Below, piece after piece: positions 1 to 12,350 of a stretch of DNA of 64,000 nucleotides. The DNA comes from Octopus bimaculoides. Lineage: Eukaryota. The stretch is taken from NCBI RefSeq assembly GCF_001194135.2, contig NC_068983.1, positions 131,555,714 to 131,619,713 on the forward strand, in the 5' to 3' direction. Each line of letters opens with the position of its first letter. Position 1 is the stretch's first letter. The position numbers were made by a program, and so were the translations under genes. The notes beneath the pieces are model-generated. The model saw nothing but the letters and a program-made list of their open reading frames with translations. It made no database searches and was not told where the DNA came from.

Positions 1-79
1 AACTCACATTCGAAAGGATAGAAAAACGATTTAAATTCATCCTCTTTCTTTCTACTGACAAGAGTGTCGAATGTTATAC

Positions 80-300
80 ACCACTTGTTACAATGCGCTC
101 CCTTGCATTGTTTTAGCTTTTGAATGATGCCATCCTAATGGCTAGGCGGACAGAAGAATATTCTTCTAGAACGGAATGCCAGCCAATCACTGAGTTACAG
201 TAGAGTGGACTGGAACTGAAATGAAGTATTTTGCTTATGAGCACAACGCATCACTGGCTTAGAAATCTAAACTAAAATGCTGCGACCGTGAGAGAAACTT
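80..300 (-). mobile_element. Decayed tRNA-derived CORE-type SINE
   Basis: gagtggactggaactgaaatgaagtattttgcttatgagcacaacgc matches the central block of the copies at 17400-17660 and 26760-27100. Confidence 0.55.
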
Positions 301-1150
301 TATAACTACATATCATATTTATTTAGAGGAAATTAGATTAAATTTTTTGTTTCCAGGTTTTGTATAACGAAGTTGAATTTGTAAGGGCTACCTTCCTAGA
401 TTTTTGAAGAGTGTGTATGGCGAATGAGAGAAGTACCATGACACATTGATTGCTAATATAGAGAAGTGCGCATCGTGATAGTAAGTCTTTCTAAGAAAGT
501 AAACCTGCACCGAGTGCTTGCAAAAGTGTGACCCCAGATACTAAAGCTATCCGGGGTACAGTTAATGGAGTTAAAATGGACGATGGATTAAGTCTTACCA
601 GGCACGATAAATTGGGGCTTGTCTGGGATTTATTGCTGTATCAATACTTATTATTGAATCTGTCAGCGTAAAACAATTCAGTATCTAAAATTCATAATTC
701 GTGGAGCTACAAGAACCCATTTAGTTAATGATTAACTTCAGCATTAAGTGAATGAGAGACGATCATCTTATTGGAACTGACGCTAATAAAACATAAGTCA
801 GTTTCATAGACTAGACTCACAACTAATTTCGACAACAAAGTGTAGTGAACAATGTAATGTTAGTAATATTTTACAGTATAAAACATTGGAGTTATTTGCT
901 CAGATGCGCCATCGTTAGAAAAAAATGACAGATGCAATCTCAAAGTGATTTTTATTTTTAACATGCCATTATTCTCCACCTCTGGATCTATATAATATTG
1001 TACATTTACTTAGTGATTAGAGAATCACTAAGTCATTACTTCAATAGGTATTGTGAAGTCTATAAATAACTGAGTAAGTTTAATATGGAGTCTTGTCCGA
1101 AGTTGTTGCTGAAATAACTAATTTTAATCATCGAACTAATGGCTTTTCTA

Positions 1151-1474
1151 TTCTCTTTTACTCTTTTACTTGTTTCAGTCAGTTGACTGTGGCCATGCTG
1201 GAGCACCACCTTTTAGTCGAGCTAATCGACTCCAGGACTTATTCTTTGTACGCCTAGTACTTATTCTATCGGTCTCTTATTGCCGAACCGCTAAGTTACG
1301 GGGACGTAAACACACCAGCATCGGTTGTCAAGCGATGTTGGGGGGACAAACACAGATACACAAACATATACACACACACACACACANNNNNNNNNNNNNN
1401 NNNNNNNNNNNNNNNNNNNNNNNNNNNNNNNNNNNNNNNNNNNNNNNNNNNNNNNNNNNNNNNNNNNNNNNNNN

Positions 1475-1513
<39 letters not shown>

Positions 1514-1678
1514 TACGACGGGCTTCTTTCAGTTCCCGTCTACCAAATCCACTCACAAGGCTTTGGTCAGCCCGAGACTATAGTAGAAGACACTTGCCCA
1601 AGGTGCCACACAGTGGGACTGAACCCGGAACCATGTAGTTGGTAAGCAAGCTACTTACCACACAGCCACTCCTATGCC
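1151..1678 (-). mobile_element. tRNA-derived SINE, family B (head + CORE-like block + internal CA/TA microsatellite + 3' body with (TAAAAGAG)n tail)
   Basis: The minus strand starts taggagtggctgtgtggtaag...ggttcagtcccactgtgtggcaccttgggcaagtgtc, with A/B-box-like and CORE-like segments. A near-colinear copy lies at 8962-9381. Confidence 0.85.
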
Positions 1679-1829
1679 TATGTTACATAATTATTTGCAA
1701 TTAACCATTTTGATGCTCCACTGTATTAAATATAGTAATTCAAAATTATAACATTAGGTTAATGTTATTTAGAGGCACATAGATATAAATAGGAACCAAC
1801 ATGTAAACTCCTATGGGGTTAGTTGGCTG

Positions 1830-2010
1830 GCTAGAAATAGAAATTAAATCTCTCTCAAATGTTGCATAAGTGTATGAGAAAGGAAGAACACATGGTATAA
1901 TGTAATTTGTCATATGTGTGTAAAGACGAGATGGCCATAGCTGGAATGCCTTTGATCATAAGTCTGCTCCATCGAGGCTGACCTTGGGCTAAAAAGCAAC
2001 ATCTGACTAC
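1830..2010 (+). mobile_element. Dispersed repeat, family D (SINE or LINE 3' tail)
   Basis: ggtcat(g/a)gctggaatgcctttgatcat...gctgacct(g)gggctaaa-(caa)n recurs at about 8500-8680, 14560-14730, and inverted at 28700-28800 and 32760-32860. Confidence 0.6.
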
Positions 2011-2377
2011 CATACAGGGTTTGAACTCATGCCCCATATATTGTTAGTCTATGAGGCTCTGTCGTTTCAGATATTTCTCTTTCCACTCTGGTTCGGCTTG
2101 TCTGGTTCAAGTTCCCAGAAAGTGTAGAATTTACTGTTAGAGCAATTGTTCTCAAGCCGTGGCAGTCACAAGTTTTGTCTAGTTTTGAACGTCTTGATAA
2201 ATGTGCTAGTCATAATATTATTATTATTTGTAGGCATGATTTATAAAACAAAATAAGCAATAGTTTTAAACTATTTGAAAATATCTTTTGTTATAACAAT
2301 TCATGTTTAGTCCACAAGTAATGTCCTCTTTGAAGTACTGAGAGCACTGTCATGAACTTATTGTGAAATAAATACGT

Positions 2378-2710
2378 AGCCTCGTTTTCATTCCAAAGCC
2401 TCGTTTTCATTCCAGAGCCTCGTTTTCTTTCCAGAGCCTCGTTATCATTCCAGAGCCTCGTTTTCAATACAGAGCCTCGTTTTCATTCCAGAGCCTCGTT
2501 TTCATTCCAGAGCCTCGTTATCATTCCAGAGCCTCGTTTTCATTCCAGAGCCTCGTTTTCAATCCAGAACCTCGTTTTCAATCCAGAGCCTCGTTTTCAA
2601 TCCAGAGCCTTGTTTTCATTCCAGAGCCTCGTTTTCATTCCAGAGCCTCGTTTTCATTCCAGAGCCTCGTTTTCAATCCAGAGCCTCGTTTTCATTCCAA
2701 AGTCTCGTTA
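2378..2710. repeat. 19-bp minisatellite, 17 full copies
   Basis: Unit AGCCTCGTTTTCATTCCAG repeats from 2378 to 2700, then a partial unit. Confidence 0.97.
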
Positions 2711-3031
2711 TAAGGACCGATGATACGATACTGAGCTAAACATAGTTTTTATCATAAATAACACATCCATAATGTGTTTGTCCTTCACTGATAAAAGCGA
2801 AAATGCTTGTAAAAACATTTAATTTCTTTACAATTATAAAAGATGGTGAAGCGATATCATTTCTCTAGCAGACTTTTCAGTTTTGATTATTTGAAGAAAT
2901 ATAGATAAATTATTGGATTAATGTAATCAGATTTTGCTCTCTAGAGAAGGTCAAGGATGTAAACTATCAAATTAAAATTGTTTTACATTATTTACATTTG
3001 ACGGATACTTGTCCTCTTCTTGTTTGTTGTT

Positions 3032-3077
3032 AACACAACGCTTCGGCTGATATACTCACCAATCTTCCTCAGGTGTT
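3032..3077 (-). ncRNA. Degenerate minimal hammerhead ribozyme motif
   Basis: The minus strand reads aacac-CTGAGGA-a-gattg..cagcc-GAAG-cgt-t-gtgtt. Stem I is a perfect 5 bp, but GAAA is mutated to GAAG and stem II has a mismatch. Confidence 0.5.
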
Positions 3078-3144
3078 TTAGGGAAATTTACGAGTTCGAT
3101 GCCAGCCAGTCAACTGAATACTACTAATAATAATGATAATGATG

Positions 3145-3217
<73 letters not shown>

Positions 3218-3268
3218 CAACATCGAAAAAATACCCTAGGAATGAGAACCCAAGTTCGAAACTTCCCC

Positions 3269-3316
3269 AATACACCTGATGAAGGCTGGAGGGTATATCA
3301 GCCGAAACGTTGTATT
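3269..3316 (+). ncRNA. Minimal type-I hammerhead ribozyme motif
   Basis: Core CTGATGA (3276-3282), one extra A, stem II GGCTG/CAGCC (3284-88/3299-3303), GAAA, palindromic stem III ACGT, GUU site. Stem I is imperfect in this copy. Confidence 0.65.
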
Positions 3317-4471
3317 AACAACAAGCAAGATGAGGACAAATATCCGTCAAATGTAAATAATGTAAATAATGTACATAATTCCTCATCTCTTAAATATAGA
3401 ACTGTAAAAGTTGTTTTACAATATTCATTTCAAAATATTTGTTTTCAGTTTATAAGATCAGGTTTATCTTATTTTCTAAAGGGTCGATGGTATAAGTACA
3501 AAAAGGGATTAAAGTCGACTGACTCTTTTATAGCCCCACTCCTTTACAAAAAGAACTTTATGCTTAATTTATAGAAATCAATGTTTAAATATTCTGTTTA
3601 TATCAACCATTTTATCATAACTGCTAACTTTTCTGGAAGTATCTAGGTATTAATTACAATAAATATAGAAGCTAAACAGAGCAGCGTATTAAAATAACGT
3701 TTTATGCACGAGAAGGAAAGTCATCAAGAGAGGTTATCGATTCGTATTGGCAAAAACTATAAGAAGATAATAATAATTTTGTATGAATCTTTTATGTCAG
3801 TAGTTTGTTAAAAAGGCTAAAAAGAAAAGCAATATTTAATGATAGACGACAACTTAATTACGTCATTGTCCCTCTGATGTCTTATTAAACTGCCAGACAG
3901 GAGAAATGATAAAAGTCAATATAAGCAGCAGCTAAAGCAGATTTAGTTTTCAGTTTGCGTTCATAGATTTAATGCTGTTTCATGTAGCACGACCCCCGGA
4001 CATAATGCTCAAGTGAGCAAGATATATTTAACCGTTTGCTATTCACCAAATAAAATACTAAACGAGAATAGAAGTAACAAAATAGTTATTTAAGCAAGAT
4101 GTCACACAATTTATGAGGTAAGCTATGGCTAGATGGTTAAAAGGTTCCTTTTCGTAATCACCTTTTTTCATGTTCTATCCCACAGCGCGGCATTTTAGAA
4201 AAGTTTCAGAATATTGTTATCGACTCCTGACGGAAGGCAATTTACTTTGTTTCTTCTGCAAATTCGCGGTGGTGAACATGAATTTGATACCATCAAATTC
4301 CATTCAAATTCAATTAATAGTCTAAAGCCTACATAAAAATCTGAATTCTTCCTTGAAATTATTTTCCCCTTTCTCTGGCACTCACTAATAATGACCGGTA
4401 GGCATTCGCTTCCTTAAAAGTTTCAAATATACAAATACAACTTCAATTTTAAACGCTTACAGTTATATAAT

Positions 4472-4512
4472 ACTAGCTTAAAAGCCGCACTCCGTGCGGA
4501 CGTTTAGACTAG
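4472..4512 (-). mobile_element. Probable Helitron 3' terminus
   Basis: Perfect hairpin CCGCAC-nnn-GTGCGG (4485-4499), followed on the minus strand after 8 nt by CTAG|T (4473-4476). No 5' end was located. Confidence 0.45.
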
Positions 4513-5838
4513 CTCATGCGGAGGAATAATTGGGATTGTGGCCCCAAACTAAAGAGAGCTAAACATCATGACTATAATACGTCTATAATAACTATATGCC
4601 CCAGTAGTGTTAGATCAGAGGTTAAGGACGGATGATAATTAATTCTGTAATGCAATCAATCTACTCTTCCAGTCCCATGTTGAATTCCAACTGTTAGCCA
4701 ATTTGTCACAAAGCTCTTATTGTCCAAAGCTCTTAACGAAGTGAACGTCAATCATTTCCCCCTTGATCTTCGACTTCATCTGACAAACGCCAAACAAGAT
4801 AGCGTAAATAATCCAAGCTTTACCTGCTAGAAGTAGCAACCCAAATGCTTTTAAATCAATTCCCAATACTAGATATTCAAGAGCCAAATGAAGCGCAGAT
4901 TTTCAATCCCCGGGACCATTCTGATTCCAAAAAGGTATGTCTCTGTAGAGCAAATGAATATTGAGATACAGGAATCTCAGACAAACATTATTTCGCTTTT
5001 ATCATAATAGAAGACACACAGAAAACTAACACTGGAAGCATTAGTTCGAATGGAGGGAAACAGTATGAACAACAATGACAACACCAGCAACAGCAATACT
5101 CCATTTCCTTGCAAAGGCTGTAGATTAGAACGAGTCACGTAACTTGAAACAGTTCAAGGAAAAGTAGAATGAATGAACGAGATATGTTACTTCGCTGCTC
5201 GACTACTTTATTCCTTTAAGAGCTAAGAAGAAGGTGACATACCACTGTTTTTCAAAAATGGAGGCGTCTTCTATATACTTTCGAAACAAGCAATGGAGGA
5301 AACCTTGGCCTGTGCGTAGCAGGGACTGAAGTGGGTGTATCATACACATGCCATCAAGCCGATTCCGTGGTATGTAGATCTCCGGAAGAATCTCGGCCTG
5401 AAATAATTGTAAGGGAATGGCATAGCATAAATGTCATCTTAGCATAAATCTCTTATATAGGTCTCCTGCGTGGATCTCTTGACCCTGATAATTCTTAATA
5501 ATCATAAAGCAATAATGAAGCTGTAACCAATTGAGAAATACAAAGGCGCTCACGCAGACAGATAGTGTGGTGTAAAATGACCAATTGCTACAGATATGGT
5601 AATTAAGGTTTATTTGAGGATCTTCTGCCCAAAGAAAAAGGCAGAAAGCAGCAGAATGGAGTAGAGACAGGAGGCCCAATAAAAGCAGATCCCTGGTGTG
5701 AAGACACTAGTTACTGCTGTCACAATTCCCATTGCTCCACAAGCCGCAGGTCTGGTCACAGTCCCAATGGAAGCAAACGGAATCAATTCATCCTCAATAT
5801 CCATAGTCAGCAAAAACCCCAAAATAGAAGTGTCGAGC

Positions 5839-5891
<53 letters not shown>

Positions 5892-5904
5892 CCTTTCTAC
5901 TACA

Positions 5905-6104
5905 GGCACAAGGCTCCAAATTTGAGAGAGTGGGATAGTCGATTACATCGACCTAGTTTTCGAAAAGGTACTTATTTTATCGACTCCGAGAGGATGAAAC
6001 GCAAACTTGACTTCGGTGGAATTTGAAGTTAGAAAGTAGTGACAGACGAAGTAAGGTTAGTTATTTCGCATGGCATGTTAACGATTCTTCCAGCTCACCG
6101 CCTT
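5905..6104 (-). mobile_element. tRNA-derived SINE, family C
   Basis: The minus strand starts aaggcggtgagctggaagaatcgttaac and continues ...acttcaaattccaccgaagtcaagtttgcgtttcatcctctcggagtcgataaaataagtacc. It sits between two (AAT)n tracts. More than 10 related copies occur in the window. Confidence 0.8.
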
Positions 6105-6431
6105 GATAATAATAATAATAATAATAATAATAATAGTAACAACAACAACAAATGAAAATAAATATCGCTTACGTAATCAGCGAATGGAAAATATTGATCT
6201 TAGTGTAACAAGCATCAAAGTGTTTGTTCGGAAAAAATACAATGAAGGGTATGAAAAAGTCTGTCTCAGCTTACGGAAGTCAATTTGTAGAAGACATAGC
6301 TGCGACACTTCTATCATGTGATATTATGAGGTAGCAATAAAAAGTTCTGAATAAGACAGGCAAACCAAAGATGGTATGGAATTCGACATCCAGTCAGATG
6401 GTCAAATTGAACACATAGATCTGATATCATT

Positions 6432-6810
6432 GTTGTTGTTGGCACTCCGTCGGTTACGACGTCGAGGGTTCCAGTTGATCCGATCAACGGAACAGCCTGC
6501 TCGCGAAATTAACGTGCGAGTGGCTGAGCACTCCACAGACACGTGTACCCTTAACGTAGTTCTCGGGGATATTCAGCGTGATACAGCTGATCCTTTGAAT
6601 TACAAGCACAACAGAAACAGGAAGTAAGAGTGAGGGAAAGTTGTGGTGAAAGAGTAAAGCAGGGTTCGCTACCATCCCCTGCCGGAGCCTCGTGGAGCTG
6701 TAGGTGTTTTCGCTCAATAAACACTCACAACGCCCTGTCTTGGAATCGAAACCGCGATCCTATGACCGCGAGTCTGCTGCCCTAATCACTGGGCTATTGC
6801 ACCTCCACTG
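6432..6810 (-). mobile_element. Full-length tRNA-derived SINE, family A, with a 10-bp TSD
   Basis: tRNA-like head at the 6810 end, (AAC)n tail at 6432-6440, and TSD TGATATCATT at 6422-6431 and 6811-6820. Highly similar to 60500-60886. Confidence 0.9.
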
Positions 6811-7493
6811 TGATATCATTATATAAGATATAATAAAACTGAATATCTCATAATAAAGGTTGCAGTTCCATGGGGCAAAATCATTTCAGGTAATGAAGTA
6901 GAAAATATTCAAACTATGCAGTCGTGGATGTTCGATTCATTCCATTAAAATTTCTTGAAGGCAGTGTCCTAGCATGACCGCAGTCAAATTACTGAAACAA
7001 GTAAAAGATAAAAGATAAAAGATAAAAGAAATAAAATAAAAGATAAAAGAAATAAAATAAAGAAATATCGTATTTGGTAACGCTCAGCAGCAATTGTGAA
7101 AGGCGTACCGGTTATGATTCAGTTCCATACATAAGCTATCCATTCAATTCAGAATAACCGGACATCAAGATAGGCATGCGATGACTTCACAAGTCCTATA
7201 ACCTTGAAGCAGCTCCTATTTTTAATTGAATATATTGTCTGATGTCTGTTGTTAAGGATTGACAGTTAGATTGAAGATTAGACAGTTAGATTGAGTAAAT
7301 TTGATTCAGAATGTGCAAGATAGAAATAATAATTAAAATTGTTTAAAATTTTATCCAGCAATTTTGGGGAGGGGAGGCAGATAGTCGATTACATCGACCC
7401 TCAGTACTTGACCTTATCAACCTAAATAGAAATATGACTGCAGGCAACTTATTAATGTTTCAAATATGACGGAAAAATTATAAACCGTGGAGA

Positions 7494-8080
7494 ATGCGGT
7501 TTCTTACTTGGAGAAGTATGCTGTCCCCAAAAGAAGATTATGTACAAAAAGAAAGACACTGTATGAACAAGATCCTAGGCAGGAAAATTTACTGGTGGTG
7601 CTCACGAAAAAGATGCAACGGGTGTGTGCCTGTAAGAAAAGATACATGTTTGGAAGGTAGCACCCTTCATCTTAAGACTCTACTGCATATTCCCCTTTAC
7701 TCATGGGTCAAAGAATTGACTTTAGCTCGGTTTTGTGTTGATGAAGTGGGGACGAGCCAGTCCATAGGTGTTGATTACAGCAGCTATATTCGTGAAATAT
7801 GCGCGGAGGACCTGCTCCGTAATCCAGTTCAGATAGGCGGTCCAGGGAAGATCGTTGAAATAGACGAAAGTCATCTCAAGAGGAAAATACAACCGAAAAT
7901 AGTTGCTTGCTATTTGCATAGTGGGTTTTCGGAGTGTGTCGCAAGACCAGCCATGCTTTTTTCCTTATGTGGTGCGATGTCAGAATTGCGACGCACTAGA
8001 GGAATGAATACATCAGTCGATCCTTCCAGGAACCACAGTTTTTAGTGACTTGTGGAGAATTTACTCTCGCATTCCTGAAA
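7494..8080 (+). mobile_element. Merlin (IS1595/ISXO2-like) DDE transposase fragment, frameshifted
   Basis: The ORF contains VDYSSYIREIC...IGGPGKIVEIDES. A second frame from 8020 gives ILPGTTVFSDLWRIYSRI. These are the two typical Merlin catalytic blocks. Confidence 0.85.
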
Positions 8081-8961
8081 TTAATGGTTATAATTTTCGA
8101 CATAGAACAGTGAAGCACAACGTTGTGTTTATTAATTCGAAAGATAGACATTTGTAAAACGAGGGAATAAACAACGCTACGCAGTGGGACGCCACAGCTC
8201 TATGGCTCGAAAATTTTGTTGGTACTTTATTTTATCAGGGTTCAGCCGACCACGGTTGGATTTGAACTCAGGGGTCACTCATATAATTTAGTTTGGTTTG
8301 CATTTAGTATCATTGTGTTCTATACCTGTATTTTACCAAAATTTCGTGGCGCTCTTCAGAAGCCTCATCTTTTGCACTTTTGAAGTTTGTAAAGAGGCTG
8401 TTAGATTGATCATTTTTTTAAAGAATGTATTTAGAGTAATGAAAACCACTGCAACATAGAATAAGAAGCGATAAAATACGAAGCGGTTCGGGAACCTCTA
8501 CGTCGTTGTTCAACCTACTAGAAAATGCAGTTAAATTACTCTCAAACCATACACGAATTTCATACGAAAAGAAATACAAATTGAACGTAAATGGTATATA
8601 GATTAATGGTTGGTCATGACTGGAACGTCGTTAGTCAAAGAACTGCTCAATCATAGCTGACCTGGGGATAAACAACATGAGGGGGAAAAAAACAAGAGAT
8701 AAAATTAATTCATACAAAATGATTTCATGCTTATTAAAGCGGAAATATTGAATGATATATTTTATTCCTGACTGTTCCTTCTCTTCTACTTCTTGGCATT
8801 CATTCAAATTGCAATATTTGAAAAATACTACAGAATCTTAACTATTCTATAATAGAGTGGTAGGCTGACAGAATCAAAAGAGCGTCTTGCCGTATTTAGT
8901 CATATATCGTTACACTCTGAGTTCAAATACTAAGCATGGTACAATTTATGTTCCTTCCATA

Positions 8962-9381
8962 TTCTTTTACTTGTTTCAGTTATTAGATTGTGACCATGCT
9001 GGGGTACCACCTTGGCGTTTTAGTCGAATGAATCGGCCTTTTTTTAAAGCCTGGTACTTACTCTATCGGTCTTTTGCCGAACTGCTAAGTTACGGGAATG
9101 CAAACACACCAACACCGTTTGTCAAGCAGTTGTGGTAGTGGGGAAGGAGGAGAAACATAAACACAAAGGCACACACACACACACACATAGATATATACAC
9201 ACATATACATATATACGACGGGCTTCTATCAGTCTCCGGCTACCAAATACACTCACAGGAATTTGGTTGACCCGAAGCAATAGTAGAAGACACTTGCTCA
9301 AGGTGTCAGGCAGTGGGACTGAACCTGGAATAATGTGGTTTGGAAGCAAGCGTCTTAACACACATCCACACCCGCTCCTAT
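8962..9381 (-). mobile_element. SINE family B, older copy
   Basis: Colinear with 1151-1678 but more diverged. Confidence 0.8.
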
Positions 9382-9731
9382 ATGGATAAAATAAGTACTT
9401 GTTGTCTTAGAGGCTTAGATCGAGGTGAGTCTTGATTGGTCAAATCTACGAACCTAAGTTTTTTCTACCGTGACCGTTCAGCCTTTTTCCAAGTCACAGT
9501 GCATCCAAAACTACATTATACAATGTATCTTTTCTTTTTTAAAGCTGGTGGGGATAATTTGAGGAATATTGGGTTTTATTAAACGCAGATCGAGAGCGAC
9601 AACGTAGTGGCTCCATCGTCGACTGAAAAAGCACCAGTGGAGTATTCAGAAACCATACTTTTCTCTCACATATGGTTTGCTTGTTGAATTATATTAGCAA
9701 TCACAAATGTTCCTTTATTAATATTGTTTTA

Positions 9732-9970
9732 AAGGTTGCGAGCTGGCAAGATCATTAGCATGTCGTACAAAATGCTTAGCAGCATTTCTTCTGCAGCATT
9801 TCTTCGCCGGTCAGCGACGAGCATGGGCAACCTACCCGACCCGTCTTGAAACAATCTACATTCTTAGTTCCAATGTCGTCAAGGTCGACTTTTCCTTTCA
9901 TCTTCTCAGAATCGATAAAATACATACCAGTTGACTAGCCCCTTCCCACAAATTTTCAGGCCGTATGCCT
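9732..9970 (+). mobile_element. SINE family C
   Basis: aaggttgcgagctggcaagatcattagc...gtcgacttttcctttcatcttctcagaatcgataaaatacataccag. Similar + strand copies lie at about 10270-10440 and 12889-13050. Confidence 0.7.
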
Positions 9971-11090
9971 ATTTCAGTAAAAAAGGGCTTGTTGAAATTA
10001 AAGGTGCATTGCATTGACGTAAGTGGTAGGGCATCGAACAAAGTGCTTTGAGATATTTAATTACAGTTCATTACATTCCATGTTCAACACACATCCCATG
10101 TCTACTCTGTGTTTCGTCATTCCGAGGGTCTGTAAAATAAAGTACCAAACTCGCACTATCGGTATTAACTACTACACTCGTCCCTTCAAAGCATTGTCGT
10201 GTGATTGTCAGAAATCAGTATTACCTTTATTAAAGCGATGTATTAGCAGAATAAGTCGAGTAGTGGAAAAAACGGTGGTGGGTTGACAAAATCAGTTGAA
10301 TGGTGGACAAAGTACATTGCCATTACATCCCTTTACGTTCTGAATTCAACACCCGCTGTAGTCGTCTTTGTTTTTCATTCATTGTAGGATCGATAAAATT
10401 AAGTGCTGGGTGGGGGTTCGATATAATGCTCAATATCACTCCACTCTACCGCGAGACCTCGCGTTCATGCTAGAAATCAATATTGTACCAATTAAAATAC
10501 AAACATATTCTACGGTATTGATTTCAGTGATACAACGCATTACGCATTTTTGAAGACAGTGCCATTGATTGGATCCACTCCTAGCCATTGATTGGTTATT
10601 ATTTCATCGAACTCAGAATAATAAAAGATGAAGTTGACTCACTCAAGATTTGAATTCTGAACGTAAAGAGCCGAGCCAAATACTGCATGCCATTTTATTT
10701 TGCTGAGTACTCAACAAATTTCGACAATCACTGCTTTCATTAATATCATGTGATTTAGGAAAAAGAAACAAACAAAAATATTTGTAAAGAGAAATATTTT
10801 AAACAACAGGATGATCTTTAACGATTGATTATTAGTTGATATTAGCCAGGATGTAGCTGTTGGGTAACTATGGAAACTGTTTTTTTTTAATTCTATAGCT
10901 GATACTAAGGTAACCTTTTGTCAAAAGATCGAATCAGTTACGTGATCTTTTATAATTAGAGATATTTATCCATGGATGAACAGCTCAGTCGGTTGCTAGT
11001 TCATTGCGGAGGAGAGTGATATCCATAACACTTTTTCTTCGGAGTCCTCTGAAATGGTGTGTAAAATGGGAATAAGATCCTTTTATTCGC

Positions 11091-11204
11091 AGATAGGAGA
11101 TGTGGTCTGAATATCTATAAGATAGGAGATATGGTCTGAATATCTGTAAGATAAGAGATATGGTCTGAATGTCTCAGATAAGAAATATGGTCTGAATGTC
11201 TATA
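11091..11204. repeat. 29-bp minisatellite, about 4 copies
   Basis: Unit approximately AGATAGGAGATATGGTCTGAATATCTATA. Confidence 0.85.
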
Positions 11205-11369
11205 AAACAAAGTTTAAGACATCCAGTAGCCTGGTGATGGTGTTAAACTGCTTGACTAATAAAATCAAGAATAAAATCAAGGAAACGTACAGTCCATTCA
11301 GTGGACTTTCTAACAGCTTCAATTTGATTTTAATCACAAGACTTGAGTTGACTTGAGGCTATGGTAAAA

Positions 11370-12350
11370 GTATTTCTTTATTTACCTATAAAAGGTATAC
11401 ATAGAGGGGACACTACAAAGGACGAACACTTACATTCTTACAAAATCGTTTGGGCTGTAATGAAAATGGAAAAAAAATCGAAAAAATCAGATGAAAGGAT
11501 GAAATAAAACTATATACAATTAAAAATTATAAAATAATGTTCGGGGTTATTTTTTATATTTAACCCGCCGTTTTTTTTCCTTTGTTTTTTTTTCCTTCTT
11601 TTCACCTTGACCGGCTATGCTAGTACGGCCCCATTTATTCTCAACTTCCTTACAACTGACATCTATCTTTTCCCAAACATACTTTGCGACAGGCACTTTT
11701 TCTCCAGACGGATCTTTCTCGACAGGTGTAAGTTGGAAATAGCTTACCAACCCGTGTCCGGAGATGAAGTGACCTATCCCAATCCCTTTCGCTCGTGTCG
11801 TCCATACCGTTTCTTTCAGTATGGCTACGACGCAGAAAAACGATGCCTTCTTTTCTTTGTCGAAGCAAGAAAGCGGTACGATCATGGACTCAGTCGAGAG
11901 CCGTACTCTTTCTGCATCCGACATCAGTTGTTCGACATAGTTTATCAACTCCCTAAACTTCTCACAGTGTACGAAGGCGTGCACGACAGTTTCCCTGGCG
12001 CGCCCGCACCTCGGGCATGTGGGGGAGGTGACAAAACCGTGTGTAGACAACCTCTCGAACCGGTAAAGCCGATCAGTTGCATAACCAAGTCAAGGATTTC
12101 TGGAAGTTATCCAGATACCTCGGCCCGAATGTACTTCCGAACAGTTTGATCAGTTGTTCCTTATTGAAGCCCAGAGTCTCTACCAGGACACCGTCGGACT
12201 TATGCTCAACTAACCCTCTATAAAAATCCGCAGTGGTAGCCTCACTGCCGGTATTGCTCGTCCGAGAGAACAGAGTGAGTACTTGTCTGCACTCTCTCTG
12301 CCATTCTCCCATCCTAGGTCTCCGCTTCATCCATGTACCTAAGTCCCTCC
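11370..12350 (-). mobile_element. 5'-truncated L1/Tx1-clade LINE (ORF2 C-terminal zinc-binding region + 3' UTR)
   Basis: Minus-strand ORFs give LDNFQKSLTW...HGFVTSPTCPRCGRARETVVHAFVHC...ILKETVWTTR, a CxxC..E..H...C motif of zf-RVT type. The 3' UTR ends in AATAAAGAAATA at about 11371. Confidence 0.8.

Larger units (their letters stand above)
2982..3410. mobile_element. Inverted pair of Penelope-like pLTR-type repeats around an (AAT)n tract
   Basis: 2982-3090 is the reverse complement of about 3260-3366 (e.g. tttacattatttacatttgacggata vs tatccgtcaaatgtaaataatgtaaa). Each arm carries a hammerhead core. (AAT)n spans about 3124-3212. Confidence 0.7.

Noticed and set aside
357-480. Strong acceptor (ttttgtttccag) and donor (gtaagt); one frame from 400 reads IFEECVWRMREVP, faintly like StAR YEELVERM
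   Set aside because: All three frames contain stops from either acceptor (357 or 400), so it is not a supportable coding exon. At most it is a dead exon or chance similarity.
2378-2700. Regularly spaced repeats as a possible CRISPR array
   Set aside because: The units are contiguous with no unique spacers, and the context is eukaryotic. The same holds for 62172-62685.
4873-4934. Possible small exon (ag|ATATTC...AAAAAG|gtatgt), open in two frames
   Set aside because: Weak acceptor and no similarity to START or MENTAL sequences.
5610-5925. ORFs on both strands next to (AAT)n
   Set aside because: Only vague resemblance to a LINE endonuclease tail; this is not enough to assign.
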